DNA from: Aplysia californica
Lineage: Eukaryota
Direction of reading: 5' to 3'
DNA: 64,000 bases
NCBI RefSeq assembly: GCF_000002075.1
Contig: NW_004797517.1
Location: 480,229 to 544,228 of the forward strand
In this document: positions 24,790-38,145 of the stretch, in pieces
How positions within the stretch are numbered: position 1 is the stretch's first letter
Layout: each line of letters opens with the position of its first letter
Notes under the pieces: model-generated
The model's input: the letters and a program-made list of their open reading frames with translations, nothing else
Database searches by the model: none
What the model was told of the DNA's origin: nothing
Translations under genes and position numbers: made by a program

Positions 24790-24958
24790 TGTTTTAGTAA
24801 GAGTTTTACGGCACTTGCAACACAATAAGGTCATATAAGTGCCGAAGAATAGATGAAAAAGAGAGTAACATTCACAAATAAGGAGGAGAGATCAGGACAA
24901 TAGATGTTTGATAGGAAAGAAGGAGCAAACCACACCAGAGCACCCGCCAACCACCCAC
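24790..24958 (-). mobile_element. Short ~170-nt retroposon, copy D
   Basis: TSD aaagcaaatctttt (24776-24789 / 24959-24972). Confidence 0.85.
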
Positions 24959-25063
24959 AAAGCAAATCTTTTAAACATCAATCAGAACACAAACCTAATG
25001 TGATCATAACTGCATTTTTTTTCCTTTCATGATCAAACAAAGTACAAATTAAGACTATATTAC

Positions 25064-25135
25064 CTTGGAGAGCGAGACCGACTGCGTTTACGAGGTGAAG
25101 GACTTCTTCGTCTGGGCTTGACTGGGGATGGGGAC
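25064..25135 (-). CDS. SRSF11/SREK1: SRSF11/SREK1-like RS/SP exon
   Basis: cttttcAG|...|GTaata; 72 nt, phase 2-2; RSPSPVKPRRRSPSPRKRSRSRSP. Confidence 0.9.
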
Positions 25136-28100
25136 CTGAAAAGATAATACAAATTTTCATGTCAAACCGACCGAAATCATTCCGACTAAATCTCATACAG
25201 ACATCCACAAAAACAGTCTGAAGAACCCAAAGCACTACCAGATTGAGAGACTTCAGAATTTTTTGTGAAAGCAGTAAAAAAACCAAGAGCAACTGTCAAG
25301 GCATTAATAAAACCCTACTCTTCCAAAAGTAATATACAGACACACCCCCTTTCATGCATCTCCAGCTGTCGAACAGATTGCATTGTTTAAATGTTCATGG
25401 AAAAGTACAATGGATAGTTCCAGGTAGAGAAAGAGGAACACACAGACCAAAGGAACATTGACCTTTCTACACTCAGGTAACTGGGACACTCACACACTCA
25501 TACAATCACAGTAATCAAAAAGCAGCGAGCAATTGAGTGTGAAAGATGTTATTGATCCAGGGAAGTAAGAAAAGATGCAATTTGCAACATCTGTAAGCTG
25601 CCTATATATAAGAATGTAAAATGTCAAAAAAGTGGCATGTTGATGTAGGTTCGACATTTTTATGAGCAACAATGATTTGTGAAAACACACCCATTTTTAC
25701 TGAACTGCTACATTTGCTTCAGCTGTATTGAATGTACAGTACAGAGGGGCCACTCCACAAACCAAATTTTAAAAAAAATAATAGGTTTAAAAAAAGCATC
25801 ATATTGAGTGAAGCACCTGTACAACAATGGTTACCTCTTTTTTGCGCTAGCTTTGCCATTATCTTCCTCAACATTAGCACTGTGCAGAGTGAAAAAAACA
25901 ACACATGACAATTTCACCAACATAACATAAAACTATTGATACATGTGATGATTCAACATATAAAAACAAGAAATGTTCCTGAAGAACTTGACAAAACAAA
26001 CACTGCACAAAACTGAATGTATGAAACAATGAAATTGTGATCACTCTTTTGACCCCAAAAATTTATGTGCACAATACAGGACTGGCCCAAACAAAAAAGA
26101 AATTTATTTACTGGTAAGTTTAGTCTACATTCGATCTAGTGTAGTCCTGAACAAAAACAAAGATATTCCACATCAATGAAAACCTGAGTCTGCAAAAATC
26201 ATCAGTCCACCATGGCAAAGAAATAAACTGATGCAGAATTTTCCCCTCAATTTGACATAATGTTTCATCATAAACAATAAACTTATTATATATATATTGT
26301 CCAATTCAAGACCAATACTTTTTCAGATTAAGAGTAGCCCACTGAGATACAATGAAATCCGCATAAACCGAAATCTGCGGGACCACCAGATTTTCTTCCG
26401 TTTAGCTGGGTTCTTGGTTTACAGAGGTGGCTTAAATAGATGTAATAAAAACTGAGGGTTGTATTTTCTTTCAGTTTGTACTGTTCTCAGATTAAGCGTG
26501 TTTGGTTTAGGCAGACTCTACTGTATATCCGAAGTTGTCACCACTAAAAGGACCTTGGAAAAAAAGGGAAGAGGCACATAAACTCTTTAATAAACACAAG
26601 TGATCCCTGTTTGATAAGCCCAACATCATACAAAGCCAAGATGCAGCACAAATGAGATTTCATCATGCAGGACAGGACTGCATATGGAACAAGATTTACA
26701 GCAAAATCTACCTTGATCAGTGACTGCAGTTAAATCAAGACTTGTATTTCTTCTAAACCACAGTTCTATTACTGGTGGAACAAGTATGAGTAAGGGACAC
26801 AGAACTACACTATAATATATTTTGATAAAGACAAGTACTTGTGGCACTTTCTGCATACACAATCACAAACTATCCAGCTGCTATAGTATGTTCCCACTTC
26901 TGATTATTATTAGAACAACCTATTACAGATCCAACAAATGAAACAGTTAAATTTAGGAAAGTTGTCAGTGACATTAAGCACAGTTCGAAGAACAAAAACA
27001 AGTGGACATGAAAACACACATGGGACTAGGGAGACCATCAAAACTAATTAGTTCCTGTATAGATAATGATATAACTTGTTTTTGTATTTTGTATGCAAAT
27101 ACATACACACATTTAAAAAGAAACAAACTAATAAGCCACAGCAGATTTTAAATAGAAAACCAGCACCAGTTGTATTTCTACAAATAAGGGCATGAGGAAC
27201 AAAAGCAAGAGTTAAAATAATCAAATGTCAGTTTGTTACTGTGGCAAGTGGAGTCATAAATGGAATAATATGTAACCCTAAAAGGCAGAAGGGAGGTGAG
27301 CATTTGTTTATAAAGTGCAAAGAACAAAACTCAAAACATAGATATATATGAAGCAGTAGACAACCTTTCAAACAAAATCAATGCATTTGTAAAAACAATG
27401 TAGAAAGTTTTGGGATTTTTTTTACTATCTACTTTTAGAATGGCAAAAATAGCGCTGCCACCATAATTCCATTCCAATGGGCAGTTTTGGTTTTTACAAG
27501 AAGAATATTATGATGATTTTTTAAAGACAAAATCCATTTGTCTGCATGTCCAGAGGACCTAGAAAAAAATAATTATAGAAATTATGTATTTAATATATCT
27601 GAGCCATTCTCAAAAGGCTGGAGTGCTTATTTCCCTTCATGTATGGCCCATGACACAAACAGAAAATTTGTGTCAAAATCAGATTTTTCTGATCAATTAA
27701 AAAACAAATTTGATATTCACCTTAAAAGAAAGAAATGTCAATGATATTGGAAAGAGCTGTGCTTGCGTTATGATTTTTGTTGCATCATAAAGTTGGTGTG
27801 TTTCCCAAGGATTAGGCATGACTTTTACATTCATAAGACAGTCAAAGGGTACTCAAATCAAATATAAAGATGGGTGCCAGCAGCAGCAATATCCCCTCCC
27901 CTAAATCCTCTCCAAGAAAGAAGAAAAGCTGTGCAATATAACTGACGCTGGGCTGACTGTAAAAAGAAGCAACCTTAATGGAAACACATTGCAATGCAAA
28001 ACTATTATTGTGGATATAAAACTTTACATGAGACAGGAAAAAAATTGATGTCAGAAAGAGAAACAAACTAAGTATGTGGTACTTTAAAAGTTTAAAACAG

Positions 28101-29017
28101 TTAAAACATAAACCCAAGGGGCACAGTTTCTGTCTGTAACATCTCCAAAGACACCAATCAAGTTCCAACAACCAGTCACAAAGAACAAAAAAGGAAAAAC
28201 GTACGAATTTTTATTTTAAATACAAGATGTGCAGAAGAACCTAATGGCTCAATAGAGAGAGTATAAGGACCAATAGCTGACTAAACCTATGCCGAAAAAA
28301 AAAAAGGAAAAGTGTGAGAGTGTATGATTTATGGCTTTTGAAATTATTCATCAGTTTGCACAAAATAGACACAAAAAAACACAGGGAAACTTCTATTAAA
28401 AAATTAGCAAGACAAAATGTAAATAGGACCAGAGACTCCTCATTTGACATGCATAGGCCACTACTGCAACTTTTCCAACAATGTCCTGAGAAAGACTAGT
28501 CCATACAGATTTAAATCCGCACAATACAAATATAACAATTTTTACTGAAAAGCACAACGTATTCCTTGAAATACCATGAAAGACTTTTAAGTTTTCATGT
28601 TTGATATGAGAGATCTGAAGCAATTGTTCCACAATTACATGAACACAGTTTGTGGGAGAGAGGGAAAATACTGTGAAACTGGGGCTCCACATATCCCTAA
28701 ATTTCAGGAAGAACTCCTCTTCACTGTATCCATCAACAATACATAAACACAACTTAGCACCAACTGAATCAAAATAAGGGATGTTTAAACGGGATACGCT
28801 TACTGGACAGTTTGCAGGACAAGTCCAGAAACATTCAATACAAGATACGTTGACTCCATCACTGATAAATGCTTTCAGGATTACTTTTCCATGGCAAAAT
28901 AAAAATGTTCAATTCCAGACTGATTCTGAGTGTGGTTGACAAGGAAAACTAGTGTCTGATGATTCCTTTCAAATTTCAAGGACATGAATAACTTCATTGT
29001 TCATTGTTTCAGGAAGC

Positions 29018-29205
29018 AACATCCCTGCATTCTGGACATGTCCATTGAGGCTCCTTTCTCTCTAAAATACCCCTGGGGGTCTTTTTACTGATTGTGCAAG
29101 TGCATATCAGCAACATCCCTGCATTCTGGACATGTCCATTGAGGCTCCGTTGCTCTCTCTAAAATACCACTGAGGGTCGTTTTACTGATTGTGCAAGTGC
29201 ATATC
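29018..29205. repeat. Tandem duplication of a ~92-bp unit
   Basis: gcaacatccctgcattctggacatgtccattgaggctcc...ttttactgattgtgcaagtgcatatc occurs twice. Confidence 0.9.
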
Positions 29206-29695
29206 TGGTTGAAAGTTCTTCTGTCTTTCCTGCAAAGAAGCCAGATTTTCCGCTTCCTTTTTGTATTCCCAAAACCATCATCCTCTCCACAGCAGTACTG
29301 GCCTCTGCCTCCTCATTTTCCTCTTCAATCAGACATGAATAACCAACACAAAAGAATTCGCCAATATTACCTTGCACAGGTAAGGCCTGAAATCATCAGG
29401 TATGAACAACTATGGGAGCAAACAAATCACCAGGAAATAGATATACAAACCAAAGAAACTGGTAGTTAACTGAACACCCTTTGAGAAAACCAGAAACAAA
29501 GAGTACTGACAAAGCCTTTGATGGAATCCAAAACTAAACAGAAAGAGAGAAAGGCATAGAAGTACTTGGAGGAGGTACTTAAATTCAGACTGCAAGGAGA
29601 TGTGAGGTACAGCTGGACAGGGGTGAAAACTATACCCCGAGACAGAAGTAGATTTAGATTTCTTTAGTGGCATATACTCCAGCATAGGGTGAGAA

Positions 29696-29697
<2 letters not shown>

Positions 29698-29748
<51 letters not shown>
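29698..29748. repeat. (GAT)n microsatellite
   Basis: Direct inspection. Confidence 0.95.
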
Positions 29749-30668
29749 AAAGGGTCAATTCGAGAGTTGCACCTGCAAGATAGGAAGATGCTATCTGAGC
29801 CCTAAAATTTCAACTATGCATGAGCAGAGCCATGAAAATATAAAGAGACATAAGCCTTTCAAACAGGGCACTGCAGAGACAGACTGATAAATGATGGTGC
29901 AAGTCAATTACAGGTAAAATATGAAGCTCTTCTTTTAAAATTCTAAGTCAATGGGAAACGATGCCAGAAATAAAAATTCATGTGATAAATTTATCAAATT
30001 AGAAGGAAAATTATTCAAATGTCATCTCAGATTTACCTCGGTTTATTTTCCCCTTCATCTGTGCTGGCCTTTGGGCTGAGAAGACATTGTTCAGATAGTT
30101 TTTATAAGAGCAGTTTTCAACAATGCTTTTAAGGACAGAATATATTAGATATGAATGAACAGTTTTGCGACAAAACCTGACAAACGCCATTTTCGAAGTT
30201 TGGCCGAAACTAGTACCAATGTATCTTGAAAGGTGAGACAAAAACCAGGGTCAGCCTTTTTTTCCTCCCACAAAATGGGACTTTTTTCTTCGTAAAGAAC
30301 TGCAGAAACTTACACTTTTTTTTTTTTTACAAAACGCAACAAAAGTGAAAGACCTTTCGTGACAAACCGTGGCACATATATCCTCTGCACGGCAATCGAG
30401 GTCTTTCTCGTGGCACCTGACTTCGCTTGTGCACAATGAAAGTTTGTCAGCAGTTCTTTCCCTTGCTTATAGTATTAATATAGACATGTTGAGTTTTGTC
30501 AAAAATGTGTAGTGATATCATCAAACATCAAATATCAACTATGCCATACATCATGTTTACTCTAAAACCAAAACTGCTCAAGAATATTGAGAAAGGGAGA
30601 AGAACAGAAATCTTCATTTTTCTCAGAGCCTGAAAAACGGATATGTTGCATTTGTCGCAAAACTGTTC

Positions 30669-30671
<3 letters not shown>

Positions 30672-30740
<69 letters not shown>
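30672..30740. repeat. (TG)n microsatellite
   Basis: Direct inspection. Confidence 0.95.
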
Positions 30741-30742
<2 letters not shown>

Positions 30743-30750
30743 CATGTATA

Positions 30751-31479
30751 CGTAAAACCTGTGTAAAACGGCCACGCAATGTCGAGGAGAAAAGTGGCCG
30801 AAAGGACAGATGGCCATCATACGCAGGACTGATCAAAATAAAGAAAAACAAATTCTTGGCTCCCAATTGGAGATGGTCGCAGGCTTAGGACTGCAATAAG
30901 GCTTGGGTTTTTTTTCTGCTTTTGAAAGGGTGGAGGGGATATGTTTTTGTGGGATTTTTTGTAGTTAGGTTTTTTTTAAATTTTGGTTTCATGCAAGGAC
31001 AAAATAAAATGAAATATGTCAGAAGAGGAAGACAGTGCTATAGTAAAACAAAAATTGGGTTGCAAACACTCAGCGAACGAGTGACGCTTGTGTCGCGAGT
31101 TAATGTTTGCATGTCCATTGTTATGGACTGGGTAAACAGACCGCTCATCTCACGATTTGTGTATGAGTTGTGAGCAGAGCTTGGATAAACATTGGAAGTG
31201 ACCTAAGCAACATTCATTGGAGGGACTAAGAATATAATAACGACAGGTGAATGGATTATGACGGCTCGTCGACAGCATAAGGTGCCAATTCATAATTTAT
31301 GACAAAGGGTTGGGTGATGAGAGATTTGTATGGTCTTCTCCAACATGTATTTTTGGTTGTCGATTGTTAAAATATGGTGGCCGCAACCACCTTGGACAAG
31401 TAACCGTTTTCACTGTGAAATTATACAGAAAAAAACGCAAGGAGGATATGGAAAGTAGCCATCATGGCAGGTTCAATTG
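30751..31479. mobile_element. Diverged copy of the pogo/Tigger-like MITE at 57821-58622
   Basis: aaaacctgtgtaaaacggccac ... ggcaggttcaattg|ta; colinear with 57821-58622. Confidence 0.7.
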
Positions 31480-33707
31480 TATATGTGAGGCATCGCTGTG
31501 AAATCAAGCACTAGACAATATAATGAAATCTGAGAAAATTGCATTTTTTCATTCGTTTGGCAACTCTTATCCATTTTTGTTTTTTGGCTCAACACCCTTT
31601 GCATCCATTTAAAAGCACATTTTGTGTGGTTTTTACCTAAAACTTGGATTTAAGGCACAAAAAATATAAATTTGCTGTTTCAAAAAACTCTCAAACTTAT
31701 ATATAGTCAACAAACTTTGGTGTCCATTTTCTCACTAATTCTTAACTCTGAAACCAGGCAACCCCATCTACTTCAATCACAAATATCTCAACTTCTGTTT
31801 TTGCAGTTAATGAGGTAACTTTTTCAGCGAAAGCAATTATTGTGTCAGAGCCTTATAACATGGCATTAACTATTATCTCACTGACAAAAAAATAAGTCCG
31901 CAAGTACTTCTCCATCCTGAATGACAATAAAACAGCACAAAGCAAAATAAAACATTTATGGGAAGTAGTTACTATTAATTTGCTAAAAAAAATATTCTGA
32001 CAGTGATTTTCTAAATAAAATCCCAAGTCAGTTTATTTGATCAACGCGCAGATTTTCCAGCCATGGTACCAATCCAAAGATAAAAAGAATGAGTGAGTGA
32101 AAGAAAGGAGGAAACTGGCACAAAAATTTCGCTACCACGACTAGCCAGATTTTGATCAATTCACAAGTTAAAATGTATTGCCCACTAACCCGCAATGCAT
32201 GCATAGTGAGATAATGGCCAATTGTGGGAAATAAGCATCGACCTATTGCTGAGAAAATTACAATAAATATCAGGAACTTGTACAAGACGATACAAAGGCG
32301 AGTACGGGCCCTTTACCGCAGAATTTCGGTAGCCCGAGGCTATCGCACTTTCTTACGGACGGAGTTGATAACAATCGGAGAGTAAGTACTGAACTTTCAG
32401 AAAGTACAGATTTCTGTAAAAATACGGAAGATTGGAAGCACGTGGCTAAAGACATAACATGTAACTCAGAAGTGTAGTCAGCAGTTTTCCACAGTAAAAC
32501 TTTTCCCACCACCCACTTTTAAACAAGGAGAAAAAAATCCTTTCAGCTGCCAATTCTATGACCAAAGCCCATTGAGAGCAGTAGAATGGATTGTCCAAGT
32601 CAACATGGGATGAGACACATGACATTTAAACTAATAATATATCCTTAACATCCATCTTAACAGTTTTTCAAGCTGAAATGCATCTATTGATGACTCGGTG
32701 CAAGACTGCGATAAACACCATCAAATTCCACAAATGAACAGTGGTGCTTGGCACTTGTTGGGAGTCTTGCATCCAGCCATAGCTATGAAGACACTTATTT
32801 TCAGAAGCACCAAAATTTAACCAGCCGTGACATAAATACTTATGACTTCGGTAAAGTACAGAAGGTGCAGATACGAAAGAAAAAGATATTCCAAGTTAAG
32901 GAACAGGACTACCAAAACACCCGTCCAACTGTTTCACTTGACAGTTCACTTGTCTTCTACAATCTACAATGCTAAGCATTTTCCGTCTATATTATACAGG
33001 TTTTGGACTGTCACTGGCCATATCAAAATTGTTTTGGTGGCTGTAGTTCATCAGGACGAGGAGGGGGCTATAACAACCCCCCCCCCCCCCCCTTTTCTTG
33101 AAAGTGGCGCATCAGGGTGTGAGAGTGATAGTTTAACTACCTTAAACGAGCATTACAGTAGCGCACATTATCTCGGTCGAATATCAGATAGACTGAAGTC
33201 AATCAGGTAGGATTTTCAGAAAACTGCATTATTCCAGTAGATCATCAAGTGGGCCATCACCAGTAAAGCTTCAATATTTTTACAAGAGCAGTCCACAATA
33301 TGTTCATGTAGCAGTTCATACAATCATGTACATGCTATTACTACCTACCTTTGTTGAATACATTATTCAACAGATTTGTAAAAGCCATAAAGTGACTACT
33401 GTACAGCATATTTAAAATACTTGTTTAGATTTGGAGCTTCGGGTGGACAATACACATCATTAAAAACTACCTCATTATAAACGCTTGTTCTCGCCACATT
33501 AATGACGATCACATCTCTTTGCCTCAGTCATTCATTCCATATCCAAAAAAAATTACCTCTTTGTGATTACCACCCCTTTTGCCAGCCTGTAAACAGAAAC
33601 TGAATTTTCCTTCCATAAACTTCAAATCTATAAACTTTAGTCTTTATCTCACAATGACAGTACTGGGTGATGCTAATAGCCACTACAAAAATACTTTCAA
33701 GGTTTAC

Positions 33708-33878
33708 CTGCTGTCATGTTTCGAGAAAGACTCATCCTTATCATCATCCTTGGTCGGAATAGATCCATTTCGCTCTAAGCGGGGAGGGGACAGAGACGGA
33801 CTTTTCTTTTTTTCTTTTGCTCTTCGATCCCTGGATTTGCTTCTTTTGCGGCTGAGGGACCGAGATCTCTTACGACTC
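33708..33878 (-). CDS. SRSF11/SREK1: SRSF11/SREK1-like RS exon (possibly cassette or alternative terminal)
   Basis: gtcgcAG|...|GTaaac; 171 nt, phase 2-2; RSRKRSRSLSRKRSKSRDRRAKEKKKSPSLSPPRLERNGSIPTKDDDKDESFSKHDS. The polypyrimidine tract is weak. Confidence 0.8.
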
Positions 33879-35641
33879 CTGCGACATGACACATGCATAA
33901 AGTTGCACAATATATTTTACAGTACTCCCAGCCGTGTGAGGTGTTAAGTATGGATGTGCATGTATTGATATTAATTAGACTCAAAAAGCACTTGGAGAAT
34001 CGTGAACATAAAGCTACAGGTTAAACTGAAATAAAGGATTGGTGCTTTTGGATTTGAACACAATCACAGCATATCCCTGGTAATTCTATTCATTTCTTTT
34101 CTGTCCTGTAATCATTTCCATTCAATAATGGAAAAACAAAAATATCCTGTGTTTAAAATTCTGAATGAAGTAATTCTTTTCATCACAATAATGAAGATAT
34201 GTGTGAACACCAAGGCATGCATTTGGCTCAATCTATATATATATATATATATATGTGTGAATTTTTAAAATACACATTCCGCAATAAAGGTTAGCTCACT
34301 ACAAGGCCAGTCAGTGCACAAGGAATAACACATCTGTAAGAGCATATCAGCAGAAAACAGCCCAAAAAAGAAAAGAGAAAAAGTTGCATAGTTTGGGAGC
34401 AAAAACGACCAACAACTTTTAAAAACAACTATCAAAAATGGCCAGCAAACCAATTTTGGGGACAGCAACTATCAAAAACAACCAGCAACTAGTTTTGATG
34501 GGGAAAAAAAACATCACAAAAAATGAGCTTTACGGACAACTTAAAAAAAACCAACTCGTTTTGGGAACAATTAATTACTATAATTATTCATTTTCAGTTT
34601 TTTTGCCCCACACGCCACCCCCTTTTTCCATTCCCCGTATTTATTTTCCAGCTTGCCAGGACCGATGATCATGTGAAAAATTATATCTAGAATCTAGATA
34701 TATATCTGATTGAAATTTTTTTGGTGGAAAATGGCAAATTACCCTCAGTATTAGTACCGGTAACGGGTTGGCAACCTCAATTTTCTGTGCATTTTAAAAA
34801 CTTTTGTACATTGGTTTATATTTTTTTATGCAACTGGTTTGTTCCTAAATGGGAAAAGTTGTCACAGTAACTTGCTAAAATCACTAAAATTTCATGATCT
34901 CTTGTTCTTTATTTCACTGAAGGAAAAATAAAACAAATTTGTTCCTACTAGCGTTCTATACTAGGGTATGAGGTTGAATGTGCCACCCACCCCCTTTAAA
35001 AAAAAAAAAATTAATTTTGGACCACTTGTCCATCCCATCCCCACCCCCTTTTTAAAAAAATTCATTTTGGACCATCCCATCCCCACCCCCCCCCCCCTTT
35101 TTTTTTTAAAATTCAATACCTTACAGTATCTTAAAAACGAAGATAGAGCCCACATGAAAAACAGTAACTTACATAAAATCCCACAAAAAAGTTTCATACT
35201 CCATTGAACATAGTTTTTGTCAATTACTTTCTCTAACAAGTCCACTTCTCAAAGGGTCAACACTTGAATCAACAAGTCAAGCACTGACATATCCATATTT
35301 GAAATAAATGAATCCACACGTGAAAAGCTGTTCTCATGAAATACAGTTAAGTACCAAGTCAGTCTTTAAAAAAGTAAAATCTACAAATACAATAGAAAAT
35401 CCTTTTCCTCAAATGAGATTGAAAGATCAGTAAATTTACTTATATGGTCATCAAAACTGATTGTCCAGCTTACTTTCCGAATCCACTGGAAGGACAGTCA
35501 CAGCCAAGTTTATTTACCATCAACTCATCTAGCAGTGCTTCCAAAAGCAACATCAAACAAAGACACAAATTGTTCAAACCATGTAAATAAAAATATTATT
35601 TTAAAGCATCAGTATAGGTGTGTGGTAAGAGAAGAGAGTGA

Positions 35642-36286
35642 GGCCGCAACCATATTAACGCCCGACACCAACAGACGGACCAGACCGTCTTCGGGCACAA
35701 AAGAATGCGCACCGGCTTTTTAGTAATGGAAGGTAACAAAAAACGGTTTCTGCTACCATACTGACGCCCAACGTCCTGTGTCGTCCCCGGTCAGACGTCT
35801 CCGATAAAACATGTTCTATCGAAGACGCTCCGTCGGGTGAGATGGAAGGTAATTTTAAATATTTATCTGTGCATAGTTGTGTCCCCTTTCCTGCCTCAAT
35901 GCCACTACACAGAATTCTAGCAGCAGCAGTTCTTTGTCAGCTCTGCATATCTCTAGCAGCTCATTGAAACCGCTGTTTCATGCGACAGTATTGTTGGAAT
36001 TTTTCACTATCTTCCAACAACTGAGGAAACAAATTATGAAATTCACCAAGTGTATCACGCTTTCTTTGGATGGGATGAACTGAAACTCTTCTTGTCTTGG
36101 TTTTCCTTTTTTGTCTGCGTCTCAAAAGCAGCAACAACAACAATTTTATTCTTCTGCTACACGCCATATTTGCAAGACGGTGGTGTCTGACTGACAAAAA
36201 CCGGTGTTAATATGGTCGGCCGCACCCGACGGAAAACGGCGGGTCTGGTCCGTCTGTCGGTGTCGGGCGTTAATATGGTTGCGGCC
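35642..36286 (-). mobile_element. Internally deleted PIF/Harbinger transposon
   Basis: 28-bp TIR ggccgcaaccatattaacgcccgacacc; TGA TSD. Transposase N-terminus MACSRRIKLLLLLLLRRRQKRK..RRVSVHPIQRKRDTLGEFHNLFPQLLEDSEKFQQYCRM matches the Harbinger VHP...GEF...D...F..Y.RM pattern. Confidence 0.88.
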
Positions 36287-37584
36287 TGAGAGAGAGAAAA
36301 AAATGCAAACATGTGCGCCTTCCTAGTAAGAACATTCACGTTCGTCTGTCCACGTTAAAAATATTCTAGCTCATTTATTAATTTACCTGTACCCATGAAA
36401 CTTGGCATGGCACATCTGCAGGCCAGTGACCGAACAAAAATATTTGTGAAAAGAAACCTTGACCCAGTAGTAAAAAAGTATTTCTCTTTGGGCCCTGTAT
36501 CAAAAACCACTCTTTGGATGTATACACAGGACCACTAAAATAAGTGTAAGCTTGTCGATTCCATCCCCAAAACGTCTAGACGTCTCCATGCGAGTCCAAA
36601 AATTACTCACCCTGTCTCTTGAGTCATGCCTCTTAGGCATACATTTAAATGTGGTATTGAGGAAAATATGTCAACTTTGTAATGTTTTAGGTGTGTGCAC
36701 ATCCCCTATTATTTTTTTTTTTACTTGCTTTAGGCTAACAACAAATACAACTTGTCGGAACCTTAGTTTGCAGTGACCTTTATGAATGGGCTTTTAGATT
36801 CTGTTGGTCATCCAACCTTTAAATCCATGGGCAAAAATCGGAGTAGATTAAAAAGAGCAATTTCATTTACCTTATTTTCATCGCGGTCAGACGAAAAGGA
36901 ACAAGCTATAGGACGTATCAATAAGGTTTGTCACTGATATAGAAAATTAAGTCATATCTTGTTGGTCAAGTTAAAAAATGGGAACCTAACTTCCCTTCCT
37001 TACTACACTATTTCCTCAACCTGGTCAGACCAAAAATTTTATAAGTACTTACTGTTTTACAAACATAAAGAGTTTGTAATTCAAACAGTAGCTTTCTCAC
37101 TATATCTTCATTCAGCCTACTCTGTGAATCTATTTTCTTTTTAAACAGCACAGACATTCTATTTAGTATTTTATCCCTCTCAATATCAAAATCATTTCAA
37201 CATTGCCATACTTATGAACCAATTTTTAAAATTGAAATCTCTCTCATGAAAGTCTAAATCATATTAACTTCTGGTTTTAAAAAATGCATTCATCTACAAC
37301 CTTACAAAAAAGAGCTCGTCTGCTCATACCGTTATTGCATTTTTACAAAATGACTGAACACAGTGGTACAAGACAAGATAACACAAAAGTGCAAAAATAG
37401 AGAAAGCCCTTCTCTGATGTTCAAAAATCACAGATGACTGGGAATAATGCACATATTTATGTATTTCTTTGTGAGAAACTTAATGGTAAAAACACTAACC
37501 TTGACCGAGAGCGCTTGCTATATGATCGCGGCGGTGTTCTAGATTTTCTCCTGGGGAAAAAAAATTGTTTTTGTTAGTTCAAAT

Positions 37585-38080
37585 TGATCAAGGTGAATTT
37601 TACAGCACTCACAACTGCAGGTCATATGAGCTCACTGGACACGTTAACCATTTTCAAGTTTGGTAGGAATAAGAAGACTACTCATCAATTTTAGGACCAC
37701 TAAGGGATCTTAAATGAGCACAACTTGCACATGGGACCTCCAAGCTTTTTACTTCCTTATCCCACAAGGTTGGGTGTTAGATCTTACCTACCCTAAGATC
37801 AAGGGTGTGGCTGAAAGACAGTAACAGTAAGAAGGAGCCAGGCAGTAGCAGTAGAAAGGCTTCAGAAAGTCAGGAGCCCAGAGGAGGGGGCAAATGGGGG
37901 TGGGAGTGGGGGGGGCAGAAAGTGGAGACGTAAGCAGACGACAGAACATGGTTAGAGAACAGGAAAAGAGGTGAAAAGACAAAATTTTAGACTTGAAAAT
38001 TTTCCATCACTTCAGGTTTTAAACCTCAGACCAATGAATGAGATGCAAACACCGTAACTCTAAACCACAACATCCCCCTC
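37585..38080 (-). mobile_element. tRNA-derived SINE copy
   Basis: Homologous to 2216-2776 along its length; the ORF-track peptides at 2355 (+) and 37788 (-) are visibly similar. Confidence 0.8.
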
Positions 38081-38145
38081 ACAAAGAATAACAGTAATTG
38101 CAAATTCAATAATAGGCAAAATGAAAAAGAAGAAAACTGTTTCAC

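Noticed and set aside
29699-30888. ORFs with poly-Met or HT/CV repeats
   Set aside because: These are translations of (GAT)n and (TG)n microsatellites.
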